Below are positions 30,000-41,957 of a stretch of DNA of 64,000 bases, one piece after another (position 1 is the stretch's first letter; each line of letters begins with the position of its first letter). The stretch spans positions 568,708 through 632,707 of the forward strand of contig JALDTO010000266.1 of NCBI GenBank assembly GCA_023515725.1, read 5' to 3'. The position numbers and the translations under genes were made by a program. The notes under the pieces are model-generated. The model was not told where the DNA came from. It did no database searches and was given only the letters and a program-made list of their open reading frames with translations. Source of the stretch: Amoeboaphelidium protococcarum X5. Its lineage: Eukaryota > Fungi > Aphelidiomycota.

Positions 30000-30229
30000 T
30001 GTCAGACTGACTTGACTGACTGAAGGAATTGAATGATGGGACAGTTGAAGCAGATGCTCGTGTAATCGTTGAACAGCGGTCGCCCCTTCGCTCTTTCGTT
30101 TCAGTTTCGCTTTTCTCCAATCGAAAACTTTCCTGTTCCAATTCATCCAGTTGGAAACTTGTTTAAGCTTTAGTGGGATATATCTGATTTTAGCATCCCT
30201 TGTTTAAGTGTTGTAATAACCTTGATTAA

Positions 30230-32155
30230 ATGGTGTGTCACATATTGCTTCATCATTTAATATTCGCAGCGATTGCATTAATTTGCTTTTTGAGCACAGT
30301 CGAGGCTTTCTATGTGTCTCAGATTGCCCCGGTCAAGTACAAAAAGGGTGATGTGGTTGATCTGAAGTATAACAAAATTGAATCAGACACTAGTCAGCTG
30401 CCTTTCGCTTATGTCGATGTTCCTTTCCTATGTCATCCGTAAAAGTATGAGTTTGACTCGTTGAATCTTGGAGAGATTTTCAGTGGAGATCGTATAATTA
30501 AGAGCGGTGTTCAGTTCAAGGTGTTGGAAGATGTTAAATGTGGAGTTATATGTGAGCACGAATTCTCTCAGACAGATCTTAATCTTGCTAAATAGTATAT
30601 CGCTGAGGATTACCGGGCTGAATGGCTATTGGATGGTCTACCCGCTGCCGTTGAGGACCCCTTCAATCCTGGCAGGTATGAAGTTGGTTTCTACCTGGGA
30701 CAGGTGGATTTGGAGAATAACAAGTTTTATCTTAATAATCACGTCGACATCACAGTTCTGTATCAGTTTTCTGGTAGTGACCAAGAAGAGATACTGATAA
30801 CTGGGTTTCGTCTGGTACCAGTCAGCGCTGAGGTTGAGGCTAGTAAGTGTATGGGAGGTGTTGTGGATGAGCGCAGTGATCCTTTGGAATTGCGCAGTGC
30901 ATCAGAACTAACTAACAGTGCTGATGATCACGATGATGATGATGATGTTTAAGATGTGGCGTATACTTACTCTCTCACATGGAAGGAGGATGGTAATACT
31001 GACTGGGGTCGAAGATGGGATGTGTACATTGATAGTTCTAATGCTCAAATTCATTGGTATTCCATTGTCAATTCACTTATGCTTCTTGTTGTACTCACAG
31101 CGATTGTGGCTTTCATTATGCTTGCCACATTGAGAAAAGATATTGCTGCTTACAATAAAGATGATGAAGAGTCTGTGGATGACATTATTGGTTGGAAGAT
31201 GTTGCACGGCGACGTGTTTAGAACTCCGAGACGTGTTGGTCATCTGGCGGCTTTTGTCGGGTGCGGTGTTTAAATTCTTGTTAGTGCATCCCTCACACTT
31301 CTCTTTGCTCTATTCGGTATATTTAATCCAAGTTTCCGTGGCGGATTCTTGACTTATGCGCTGGTATTCTGGGCATTGGCTGGTGTTTTCGCCGGCTATT
31401 ATACTTCACGCCTGAGAAAGTCATTCAAAGGTGGCAGAAGTGGTGTATTGATTAATGCATTCTGGACCGCTACTATATTTCCGCTCATTCTCTTCATTGT
31501 GCTGTGTATTCTCAACACTTTCAACTGGGCTCTGCATAGTAGTGGAGCGTTACCTTTTGGAACTTTTGTGGCTCTGATTTCCATCTGGCTCTTTGTATCC
31601 TTGCCACTGGTACTGCTTGGAGCATTCCTTGCAGATAGAAAGACGGCGGCTATATCGCATCCTGTGCGCACCAATTAGATTCCTCGGCAGATACCAGAGT
31701 AAAGTATATACTTTAAACCAGTTCCGAGCATGATCATTGCTGGAATCGTCCCCTTCACTGTCATTTTTATGGAACTTTTCTTTATCATGAAGTCAATGTG
31801 GCAAGATTAGTACTATTATATGTATGGCTTCATGGCGCTAGTGTACATTTTGCTGGTAATCACTTGCATTGAGGTAACGATAGTGATGATATACTTCTAG
31901 CTGTGTGGTGAAGATTATAGATGGTAGTGGAAATCGTTTTTCGTTTCCAGTAGTTCCACTTGGTACATACTCACGTTTGGTATTGTACAGTATCTGACTA
32001 AAGCTGAGCGAGTGACCAATTATATGGCGGGTATGATATTCTTTTCATATCTACTCATTGGATGTGTCGCATACTTTCTAACTACTGGAATGATTGGCTT
32101 CTGGGCTACATACGCATTTGTTCGCAAGATTTATGGATCGATCAAGATTGACTGA
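30230..32155 (+). CDS. Transmembrane 9 superfamily protein (TM9SF/Emp70/Tmn)
   Basis: Signal peptide; NLGEIFSGDRI, IHWYSIVNS, GWKMLHGDVFR, PVRTN[TAG=Q]IPRQIP, EDYRW.WKSF, RKIYGSIKID*. Confidence 0.95.
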
Positions 32156-32453
32156 CTGACTGATTTACCCATCAATTTATTGTGGCTTTTGAATGATTTA
32201 TATCATGGCATTGCGCCATTCAATATAATTATTAAGATTATGATATATATTCTTTGTTATGTGCGTTTTTTTCAGTGCTATAGTGGCGTAGTAATGCCTA
32301 TTGCATCATAGAACCATTTCGCGTCTAACAACCATGTGTTTATCGCATTTCCGTTTCAGCTTTTGTTTCAAGACGGTAGTGTTCTTTGCATAGAACAACC
32401 ACCTGTACTCTGAGAAGTATCTGTAATTAAACATAGTTTGAACGTGCCACACG

Positions 32454-34481
32454 ATGACTAGAAAGAGATAGCCATAAGTATATCCTGATTCAAATATAAA
32501 GTTGGAGTCGCCTAAAGCTGCAGATGAACTGGATAAGAATTATGATCTGTGGATGAAGATTGCATCTGACAACAAAATAAATGTCAAGAACAGTTGGTCT
32601 GTCCATTTGATAGACTATTTTCATAATTTGCACTTGTTCAAAGATACCACTGGTGGTAGTAGTAGTATAGATTCTCAGGATGGAATTAATTTCACTAAAG
32701 CCAGTTGTACCCTCGATGGCTGTGTAAAAGTGTACTCCAACAGAGTGGACGCCGTGTTCACAGAGACTGGGCGTCTGCTGAGTGGGCTGAATGGTTCGCG
32801 AAGAATGAACGACGGCGAAGATGACGAGGCTGCGGATGAAGACGATCATGGTCTTGATATGGATCGAGATCAAGATGGTGATGATGATGATGTGAAAATG
32901 AAAAGGAAGAAGCAGTAACTGGCTTTGAAGAAAAAGTAGAACCGTGGGCGCAATGATGGCACCAATAACATTGAGAAGAATGTGACATCTTTAAACTTAA
33001 GGCAATTAGATTTAGATCATCAGTGCGATCCCTTGTTTAAAAAGATTTGCGCTGCTACCGAAGAAAGTGGATCCAATTCTCTCCTCCTAAATCATATTGA
33101 AGTACATGGTCTCTGCTAGTATGATTTTGACACCACTGTTCCTTTCTCTGTCTACAACACTTATGAGGACTTGAAAATATTGCAGACGCACATTGATCTC
33201 AGCAGTGTGAAAGAGGAAGTTGAAGAGATTATCGCTTTAATTTCGCAGACAACCTTGTGTCCTCCGTTGAGTCATTTTGCATTTAGTCAGAAGATGTCGC
33301 TTGACTAATTACTAGAATAGTACGAATTGCATGGAGTGAATACCCAAGACTTTGATATTGGTTCTAATAGATCAGTTGCAGCTGATCCGGTTGTTCAAGT
33401 TTCATAAATAGATCAGTTGTTGGAAGACGCTGAACTGGATTATCCTCCTGTGGCTATTAATGATTTTAATGATGATAATATGGATTATGCTTAGCCTGAG
33501 TCATATCCAATAGACGAAGATGAAATGCCATTGACCGCAAGATTTGAAATTCCGGATGAAGTCAAGGCTCAGCTGCTCAAAACGTAATCTTCCGCCTTCT
33601 CATACTTTGATGAATAGAAAGCTAATGAGACATTATGCGATTAACCTCGCTGGAGAAAATTGCGTCAGACTCTTGTTAATGGCAATGCTCCAGAGTCGGA
33701 ACTGTCTGCGCGTAAATCGACCAAAAAATCAGCCTCTTCTGCTGTTGGTAAAAAGTTGTAGTTTGCTCTATCTTTTGTGGATCTACGAAGCAAAAGGGAA
33801 GTGTCTAAAATCAAGGTAAAGTCTACAAGCAAGGCGTTTAAAGAGAATACATTGATTCCTATGAAGGCAATTGAATAGTGTCGCGCTGAAGACAATTTGC
33901 GGTAATCAAAAGGTACGATTAACAGAGATTAGGCCTTTAAGCTATTTCTTAGAGATGATATTGACGTGCGTTCGTGGAAAATTTATAATTTGGATATTGC
34001 CAGCGATGCTCAGAGTGATCACGATTATAACGGCCTTCCCGCCGATATCGATGATGATGAGTAGGAATATATCTAACATCAAAGTGCTGATCTTCCAATG
34101 TTTACTCCTGATGCTCAATGTGGTGAACTTGGAGATTCATTTGGACCTTTACCGAATGGTGAATTTCAACAACAGTAAAATGTCCAGAATAAGATGCCTA
34201 AATTTTAAGAGCAGTCTGCATTGAATTTCTCTACCAAGGCGAAGAGAGTTGACGTAAAAGATTTGAAACAACGTTTGTGGCAAGTTTTGAGAGCATGTAG
34301 TGGAGATACTGATCTGCAGTAAGCTATTAGGAAAGTGTCAGGTTCGTATCCACCTAAAGTCGCTGCTGATATAACGGTGCCGTTCTATTTCATTTGTATG
34401 CTTCACTTAGCTAATGAGCATTGTCTAAGACTTAAAGGAACACAACAATAGGACAGTGTTATCATTGCAAAGAATTTGTGA
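32454..34481 (+). CDS. BRN1: Condensin I kleisin subunit (Brn1/Cnd2/CAP-H)
   Basis: WMKIASDNKIN.KNSW..HLIDYF, INFTKASCTLDGCVKVYSNRVD, DPLFKK, AKRVDVKDLK, FYFICMLHLANE. Confidence 0.92.
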
Positions 34482-34538
34482 TTAAAAAGCGGTGTTGAAA
34501 TGTAAAGAAGAATTGATGATTATAAGAAGAAAATAACA

Positions 34539-35654
34539 TCAATTCTATTCTTTTGCCAGGCCTAATGCTTTCGTAGCCTACTCAATCTGCTTCTAGTTCT
34601 TTTTCTTGAGATATGACACCATATCATCCCAAGTGGTCTTTACATCTCGCTTGAACCTGGCAGCTATATGCACAATTTTAATACGATTATCGTCACTATC
34701 AGCCGCGACAGATTTGAATTTTGCCGTGATATAATTGAGGCACTCCATTGCATCAGAGCTACCTTCATAATCTTCAAAAGCGGGACAAGCATTAATCGGT
34801 GTAGTTTTAATCAACTTCTCAAATAGATCCTTCTTATTAAACACCAAAAATACTGGAGTGCTGGCAAAGACAGAGTTATTCACAGTCTATTTGAAGAGAT
34901 TGAGACATTCCTCCATTCTGTTAGTGTTTCGATCTTCAAATAAGACAGAGTTGTAACCAGCTAGATTCACAACAAAGATTATAGCACTCACATCATCAAA
35001 GCAGTGGATCCATTTGCGGCGTTCATTTCTCTGCCCACCTACATCAACAATTACAAACTGAAGCGGAGGATTCGCGATCTCGGTAGTTACAATGCCCGTA
35101 GTCATTATGCGCGCCATCACCAAATCCTCCTCTGACGGTGTAAAATCGTCTTGAACAAATCTCTCAATATTCTCAAAGTAATACTCGGCCGAGTCAAGGA
35201 TCCAAAATTCATTTCTCCGTGCAAACGTTTGCTAAATCACTGATGATTACCACAGAGTTTTAATAGAATCTGCAATTTATACAGTAATCTCCTCATCAGC
35301 GGCATCGCTACCAATCTTTAACAAAGCTTCGGCTTTTGCGATCAGCTCACCATTCTCCAGCTGGTAATTGAACGCCTGGGCTTGATTGATCAAGACAATC
35401 ATACTTTCCAGAGCATTACGCTTCAAGCCATAAGCATATTCTCGAACCTCTTTCGATGAAGGATTGATTTTATGGATGAGCTTCAACTATCTCAGGACTG
35501 TGGATTTTCCACTCTCACCAGATCCCAGGAGCAGTACTTTAAATTTCAATTTATCCTATAAAGCGGCCTGTTTCAACTGCTCTTAAATCTGCAGATCAAC
35601 TTCATCTTTAACGCCCTTGCCGTTGCCTCCAAAGCAGCAAGCAAAGAGAGACAT
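34539..35654 (-). CDS. Heterotrimeric G-protein alpha subunit (divergent)
   Basis: LLLGSGESGKSTVLR[Q]LKLIH, RIMTTGI, DVGGQRNERRKWIHCF, NKKD; atypical G5 region; TGA 34539. Confidence 0.93.
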
Positions 35655-36134
35655 CAATATGATTAGTTATCTACAAAAGATATCTATTCAGGTAACACTT
35701 GGAGTTTACTATCGGTGATAATGATGATAGTATGAAGCTTCGATTAGTTATCAAAGAGAAAATATCTTGTTGCTAAGTTTACTTTGCATCAGCTACGACA
35801 TCCGCCCACTAATGATTACGAAGTTTAAAAATAGCCTAGTTTGATGACGAGAAGGACCATTAATGAGGAATGTTTAATTAATCGCTTAGTAGATCTTGTA
35901 TCTATCCAAAACTGGCACGACTCCTCTTGTACACTCAAGGCAAAGCCGCCTGTTATTGGTTTCAACCAGAAGCGAAATTTGATTCGATTGCGTCACGACC
36001 ACGAGGACAGCTCTTTTACAGGCAGTTCTCGCTCACTCTTTCTTCATCCATTGCAGCTTTCTTTCTCAAGAAATTTACTGAGCATTAAATCTGCGGTGTT
36101 TACCATACCTTTGAACTAAAACTACTCATAAAAT

Positions 36135-36707
36135 ATGATAAAACTGTTTGCACTGAAGCAATAAAAGAGCTAATAATCTCAAAGTAGTACTGATAGCACG
36201 TCTTAATAGTCTCTGGATTCGCAAGGCAAAAAGGCCGCCGCGTGTTAAATTAGATTACAGACTGACATGTCATAACTGGATCTGCCGCTATCATGTAAGT
36301 TGGAAATTCCTGATCATAATGATTTGCTGAATTTCTTCCTTTATATTACACCAGATGAAGGTGTATACAAAGGTGGCCGGTTTAAACTCTCATTTAAATT
36401 CAAGACTTCATATCCTCATGATCCGCCTAAAGTCACATGTACTCAGAAAGTTTATCATCCCAACATTGATTTGGAGGGAAATGTGTGTTTGAATATACTG
36501 AGAGAAGACTGGACGCCGGTTCTCAATCTGCAGGCTATTATAATGGGTCTCAACTTTTTATTTCTCGAACCCAATGCCGACGACCCTCTTAATAAGGATG
36601 CTGCTCAGGTGATGCGGAAAGACCCCGTTAAGTTTGAGCGAAACGTTCGTTACTCAATGGCAGGATCTACGGTTGATGGCGTTTAATTTGACCGCGTTCT
36701 AGTATGA
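36135..36707 (+). CDS. UBC12: NEDD8-conjugating enzyme Ubc12
   Basis: MIKLFALKQ[Q]K N-terminus; [50 protein letters not shown]. Confidence 0.96.
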
Positions 36708-36866
36708 GATTTCTAATGCTCTTTATGTTGGTTGCGTTTGACATTAAAATTGAATTTAATTCGGTTGAAGTACATTATTCTACATTTGCTCAATCAACCA
36801 TGCTGAATTTTATCACATTATTCATGATAAATCAACCATGTTATGATCATTTTTTTCAGTACAATT

Positions 36867-37826
36867 TCAGAGGGCAACGCGCTTAATTTGAATTGATTAT
36901 GCCAGTCTTTCTTCAAAGTTTCGGCTTTTACAGATTGCAATGACTCCGTTAATAATGACAAAGGATCCCGTGATTTATAGCGTTCTAATCTGTACGCCTT
37001 TTGGGAGAACAAAAGTCTTGACTGTTCGTAAAATGTTATCATAGACAGTGGGCGATTAAGCCGATTAAACCTTACCCGCAGATAGCAATGTCTAAAAGTG
37101 ACCATAGTATGATACTGATGGATTGAGGAGTTTCAAAGTGGACAGGTTGTGTGGCACATGACTGATGTATCCAGCAATAACACCTGCGCAGATACTACCA
37201 GCAAAACTATTGATCGTTTCAGCTTGATCTGATTTCGAGAGTTTCATTTACATCGCGTTCAATGGCCCGGTTAATGTCAATAGATGAGAGGATGAAGTCA
37301 TGACATCACTAGCCTGATTCAATCCGATAGCAAAAATTACCTCCCTTATGGATCTAGGTACAAAGCCACGAGTCGCTCTTTTCAGCAGGTGTTCCTTGTT
37401 CATATGACCAGCATTGAACGCTTCCAGCAACGAACTCAGCGGAGTCATTGTGAGGCCTGGGATAATGGCTGCAGTTGTTTCAATAAGTTTCTGTTGCCAT
37501 GGATTGACGATGGTGCCATTCTAGTATAGCGTTGCTTTTTATCTCTCAACATATACTCGCATACTCTTTATGCCATTAATATACAGAATACGCGTCGGCA
37601 GCTGATAGTGCATGTTAGGAAAGTATCTTATTTTGGCTGGAGGTGTTGACAACGACGAGATTACAGAAGTTGATTAAGTCATAAGCTTAGTGAGCCGCTG
37701 GTTGAGCAGCGAGTTCATGCCACTGCGATAGAATGCATCAATAGACGCGCCAATTGTGGTTGAAAACACAGGTATTGATGCAGTAGCAGATGTAGACGGT
37801 GTTTACTTTGCAGCAAGGGATGACAT
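36867..37826 (-). CDS. Divergent mitochondrial-carrier (SLC25)-like membrane protein, 319 aa
   Basis: Open frame ATG 37826 to TGA 36867; carrier-like segments IIPGLTMTPLSSLLE, RGFVPRSIREVIF, AGSICAGVIAGYISHVPHNLSTLK, KGVQIRTL; canonical PxD/ExxK/R motifs degenerate. Confidence 0.6.
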
Positions 37827-38190
37827 TGAGACTAGTAAAATGTAAAATCGATTATCAATTTTCAAGAGAAAGTTTTTGATAAGAAAGGAAATGAATAAAA
37901 ACCAATTGTTTTGACTTTAAATCATGTCTATTTTAAGCCCATGTATCAGCTAGATCATTGCCGGTAATGCTCAATCAGACTTGTTTGATCCAGGTGAGGG
38001 GAATTGACCATCGGCTTCGTCGATCAACGCGTTCGGGAAAAGTCAGACTTGTGCCGTCCATCGTCATTGAAAAATTATCTCTTCTTTTTTATTTTATTGC
38101 ACCGCTATCTACTTATTCAATCTTTTATTATCGTATTTATAAAGACTACACTATTAAAAGGGCTAACCAGCTGTTGTTATCATCATCAAG

Positions 38191-38538
38191 ATGTCTAAAA
38201 TGATATTTAATCGTGTGTTTGGCTGGCTTGCTAACGAGTTTATCACGAAGCGATTGGCGAATAGTGAGACCTTCTAGAGTGCTGCACATAAACTGCATCA
38301 CAATGTATCTAGCAATCCTCTGTTTAAATAACTGGCTGAAAGCTAGAAGCCTAAATATACTCGCCCCATCGATCCATATAGAATTAGCTCGTATCACTAA
38401 CCAAAGCCTCAATCACATGCTTCGTAATCTGCATTTGCCTCACTCAATCTCAGGAAGGCGTAAAAGTTTGCTTCTGAATTCCAGTCTGCTCTATCCTCAG
38501 AATTATCTAAAATGAACGCCAAGTCTGCAAAGAAATGA
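38191..38538 (+). CDS. Small probable mitochondrial protein, Mrx7/NCBP2-AS2-like (115 aa)
   Basis: MSKMIFNRVFGWLANEFITKRLANSETF[Q]SAAHKLH...KFASEFQSALSSEL; resemblance by eye. Confidence 0.55.
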
Positions 38539-38712
38539 TTAATATTATTTACATTCTAATTGGCTTTATTTTTTTCATCCTTAGTGCTGGGTTTGATGTA
38601 CTCTTTTAGGGATCATATCTTCTTTTTATTTTTCGTTGAGAGTTTGATCAGTTGATTTCCGTTCATACATAGACGTTTACACTTTTCAGCAGTAAAAGTA
38701 GTATTGTTTAAA

Positions 38713-39972
38713 ATGCTTGCATCATAACACTACAAAAGCGCCTCTTAGGATAGACCATCAGCGACGTACAATCCTTATATAAGTCTTGTGAATGGCCTGT
38801 AAACTATTCAAGTACCGCATTTCGTGTTGGAAGATGGGAGACAATTTTCTAATGTTCCCGTTGGGTATAAAACTTGGGGCACCTTCAACGGGCAGAACTT
38901 GATCGTAGTTTGTCATGCAATATCTGGCTCACCTGATGTGGAAAGCTGGTGGAGCGATTAGATTGGAAGTGGGAAAACGTTCGATCCTGACAGAGATTTT
39001 ATAGTATGTCTCAATGCGGCCGGTTCTCCGTATGGCTCTTTTTCTCCTCTGACTGCTGATCCCAAGTCTGATGGCAAGCGATATGGCGCATCGTTTCCCA
39101 CCATATCTATTCGTGATTCTGTTCGCTTGCACAAGATTGCGTTGGATATATTTCTTGGGTCTAATACTTTCAATATCTCTGCAGTTGTTGGTGCCTCGCT
39201 GGGCGGTATGTATGCTCTAGAATGGGCGGCCTCATATCCAGCCGTTGTACAGAAGGTGATTTCTATAGCTTGTGGCCTCCGATAGTCAGCGTGGGGAATC
39301 GCGTTATGCGAGTGCCAGCGATTGTGTATTTAAAGTGACCAAGCCTATGCACAGGGTGATTATTACTATAATATTAAGCGCTAAATAGATGGCGGAGGTA
39401 ATGATGGGTAGTAAAAGTCAATAGTTCGTTGGAATCAGCCGGTTAGAGGTCTGGCTAATGCTCGCATGTAAGGCATGATCAGCTACAAATCTCCTGCGAC
39501 TTTTAATGTAAAATTCGGTCGTTCCGTTTATCAGTGTGATCAGATGGAGTAGCACCGATATCGTATTGAGAGTTGCGTGTTTTCAGAAACTGATTGCTCA
39601 TTTTCGGAAAGTAAAGACTCAAAGTTCAACATGCAGACTTATTTGCGGTATTAGGGATCAAAGTTTGTGGAGAGATTTGATGCGAATTGTTATATCGCAT
39701 TGACCAAGTAGCTTGATACTCATGACATACTGAGGAATCGTGACATTAACGCCGTATTTAATTCAGATCTCCGCATGCTTATAATTGGCGTGGACTCTGA
39801 CATTTTGTATCCCGTCTCTGATTAAGAAGAGATTGTGCAGCTGGCGTCAAGCAATGGCTGCAATGCCTAATTGATTGTGATCAATAGCTCTGAGGGACAC
39901 GACGGATTTCTAACTGAGCACTTGTAAGTCTCTCAGTATATGTAATAATTTTTGAATTCTCCCGAATAATGA
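38713..39972 (+). CDS. MET2: Homoserine O-acetyltransferase
   Basis: YKTWG, VCHAISG.PDV.SWW, CLNAAGSPYGS, FP.ISIRDSV, nucleophile GASLGG, FDANCY, EGHDGFL. Confidence 0.93.
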
Positions 39973-40271
39973 AAATTTATTCTAAAGATATGTTCTATTG
40001 GCACTTTCTAACTTGAATAATCGGCATTCGGTCAATCGACATGGTTCAAGCGACCAAACTCGGCAATTGACAGAGCTCCGATAAGTCGCGATTATAACTT
40101 TTCTTATTGCGATTTGGGCGTAAATTGAACGTAGATGACTTGATAGTTTTTGCGATCTATTGTAATTGAATTTAATTGATCAAGCTGAGAGATATTTCTT
40201 GTTCTTTTGACAAGATTTTCGCTTTGTTTCAACCTTTAAAGTCTGTTACAACTTTCACTTTTATTCTCTGT

Positions 40272-40277
40272 TCCGAC
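40272..40277. repeat. Left target-site duplication TCCGAC
   Basis: Identical to 44764-44769, directly abutting the left TIR. Confidence 0.92.
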
Positions 40278-40318
40278 TACGGAGTTCGAGAAACGCAAAA
40301 CCGCCTCGCAGTTTAAAA
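40278..40318 (+). repeat. Left terminal inverted repeat (41 bp)
   Basis: TACGGAGTTCGAGAAACGCAAAACCGCCTCGCAGTTTAAAA. Confidence 0.9.
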
Positions 40319-40492
40319 TTACTAAACATAGAAAGTAAAATGAAAGTTCCCATTAATATTTTAAATGATTTTTAATTTTTATTTTGTTTTGTAATTTTAA
40401 AAATAAATTCATTGCTATTTTGTTTCTTATCATGCACTATATCCGCCTTATAATAGGGGACATCTTAACTCGAATTCATTTTTTGCAGCAAA

Positions 40493-41872
40493 ATGTCTTA
40501 AGAAATCGACTTGGAACAGGTACGGCAGTTAGTAAATTAAGGTTTGAAGCGCAAGGAAATTTTAGATACTCTAAATTCTAGTGGAACAATCTGCTCCAAG
40601 TCCAAATTGGACCGGTTTATGACTGAACATGGATTGAGTACTGCTTTAAATAGAGCCACATTTGCGGATTAAAGTGAACATTGGATTGAAGAAGCTCGCC
40701 ATCTAATTAATGGCGGGTCCACTTAACAATAATTATTGGATTGGCTGAAATAGAAGCATAATATTTAAATGTCCTTAAGGACTTTGCAATCGATTTTGTC
40801 GCAGCATTAAATTGGAACGAGACATTGTGCGCTATCTCCTGTCGAAGTTTTGGATTTAGTGCATGTTGTAAATCAGGATGAAGGTGAAAGATTGGGAATT
40901 AGATCAACTACATAAGTCCTTCGTGAACTATCAGGCCAATAAGTATCTCGAGACATGGTTATGGTTTGCTAAAGATTCGACAATCCAGAGGCTGTGTAAA
41001 TGCGTAAAAGGCGCAAGTTGAAACGCCGTGAATATTAAAATGATGGTCCTAATTAAGTGTGGCATATAGATGGCTTCGATAAGCTGTCGTAGTTTGGCTT
41101 TGGAATAAGTGCGTGTGTAGATGGTTTTAGTAGGTATGTTGTGTTTAGTATGGTCGCAGATACGAATAGGCCCGCGCGTTACATACTGGAATATTTTCTG
41201 GATGCGGCTGACAAATGCAATGTTATGCCTGGAAAAGTTCGTGTTGATGGCGGAACTGAGAACAATTACATCAAGTAATTGCAAGAAATATTGGTAGGTG
41301 AGAACTCTTATATTGTGGGTTCATCCAATTTCAATACGCGTATAGAAAGTTACTGGGGCAGATAGAATCATTATGGGCTTGAATATTGGATAGGAACGCT
41401 GAACAATCTTCACTTTGCAGGTTATTTTAATACCACGCTTTATTCTCATAAGACAATTTCTCAGTATTGTTTTGGACATTATATCGCTGAGTGTTTAGAT
41501 AAAATTACCACCTTGTGGAATTACCATAAGATTCGAAATCAAGGACAGCCCATCATGCGTTATCAAGTTCCCGAGATGTTTGATGGAGTAGAATGTGGTT
41601 TGGAGCCTCCTCAAGACATGCGTGATATGGCTATTCAATTGTTTGGACCAAGTACTATAGATATGAATGATAGGTTTAGAATTAATTACGCTAGGCATCT
41701 TATTGATGAAGTTGTTATAGAGAAAGGTTTTGATCAACTTACCTTTGACAATTGTCAAGATGTGTTCAAGGCTTTAGTGTCCGATGGCGATCTCGTAAGC
41801 GCGCTGGATGCATTTAGAGATTAATTGTTGATAGCAGAATAGTAAGTGAGAGGGTAGGAAATTGCTTAGTGA
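40493..41872 (+). CDS. IS3/integrase-like DDE transposase (IS3EU), 459 aa
   Basis: N-terminal HTH-like repeats (LLDWLK[Q]KHNI[Q]MSLRTL); RRKLKRREY..DGPN[Q]VWHIDGFDKL..FGF...CVDGFSR; VRVDGGTEN; SSNFNTRIESYW; WNYHKIR; D, D and E all present; TGA 41870-41872. Confidence 0.93.
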
Positions 41873-41957
41873 AGAATGGTCTGAATAATTAAAAATTTCT
41901 TATTGCTATTACTATCTTTACGTACTCATTGTTAACTCCACCAGAGCTACTAAATAC

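Noticed and set aside
36684-36707. Context-dependent termination at TAA/TAG near 3' ends (several genes have TAR just before TGA, e.g. MET2 TAA TGA)
   Set aside because: UBC12 has a TAA seven codons before the stop followed by conserved-type FDRVL residues, and genes with conserved C-termini end exactly at TGA. Gln-rich tails are a sufficient explanation.
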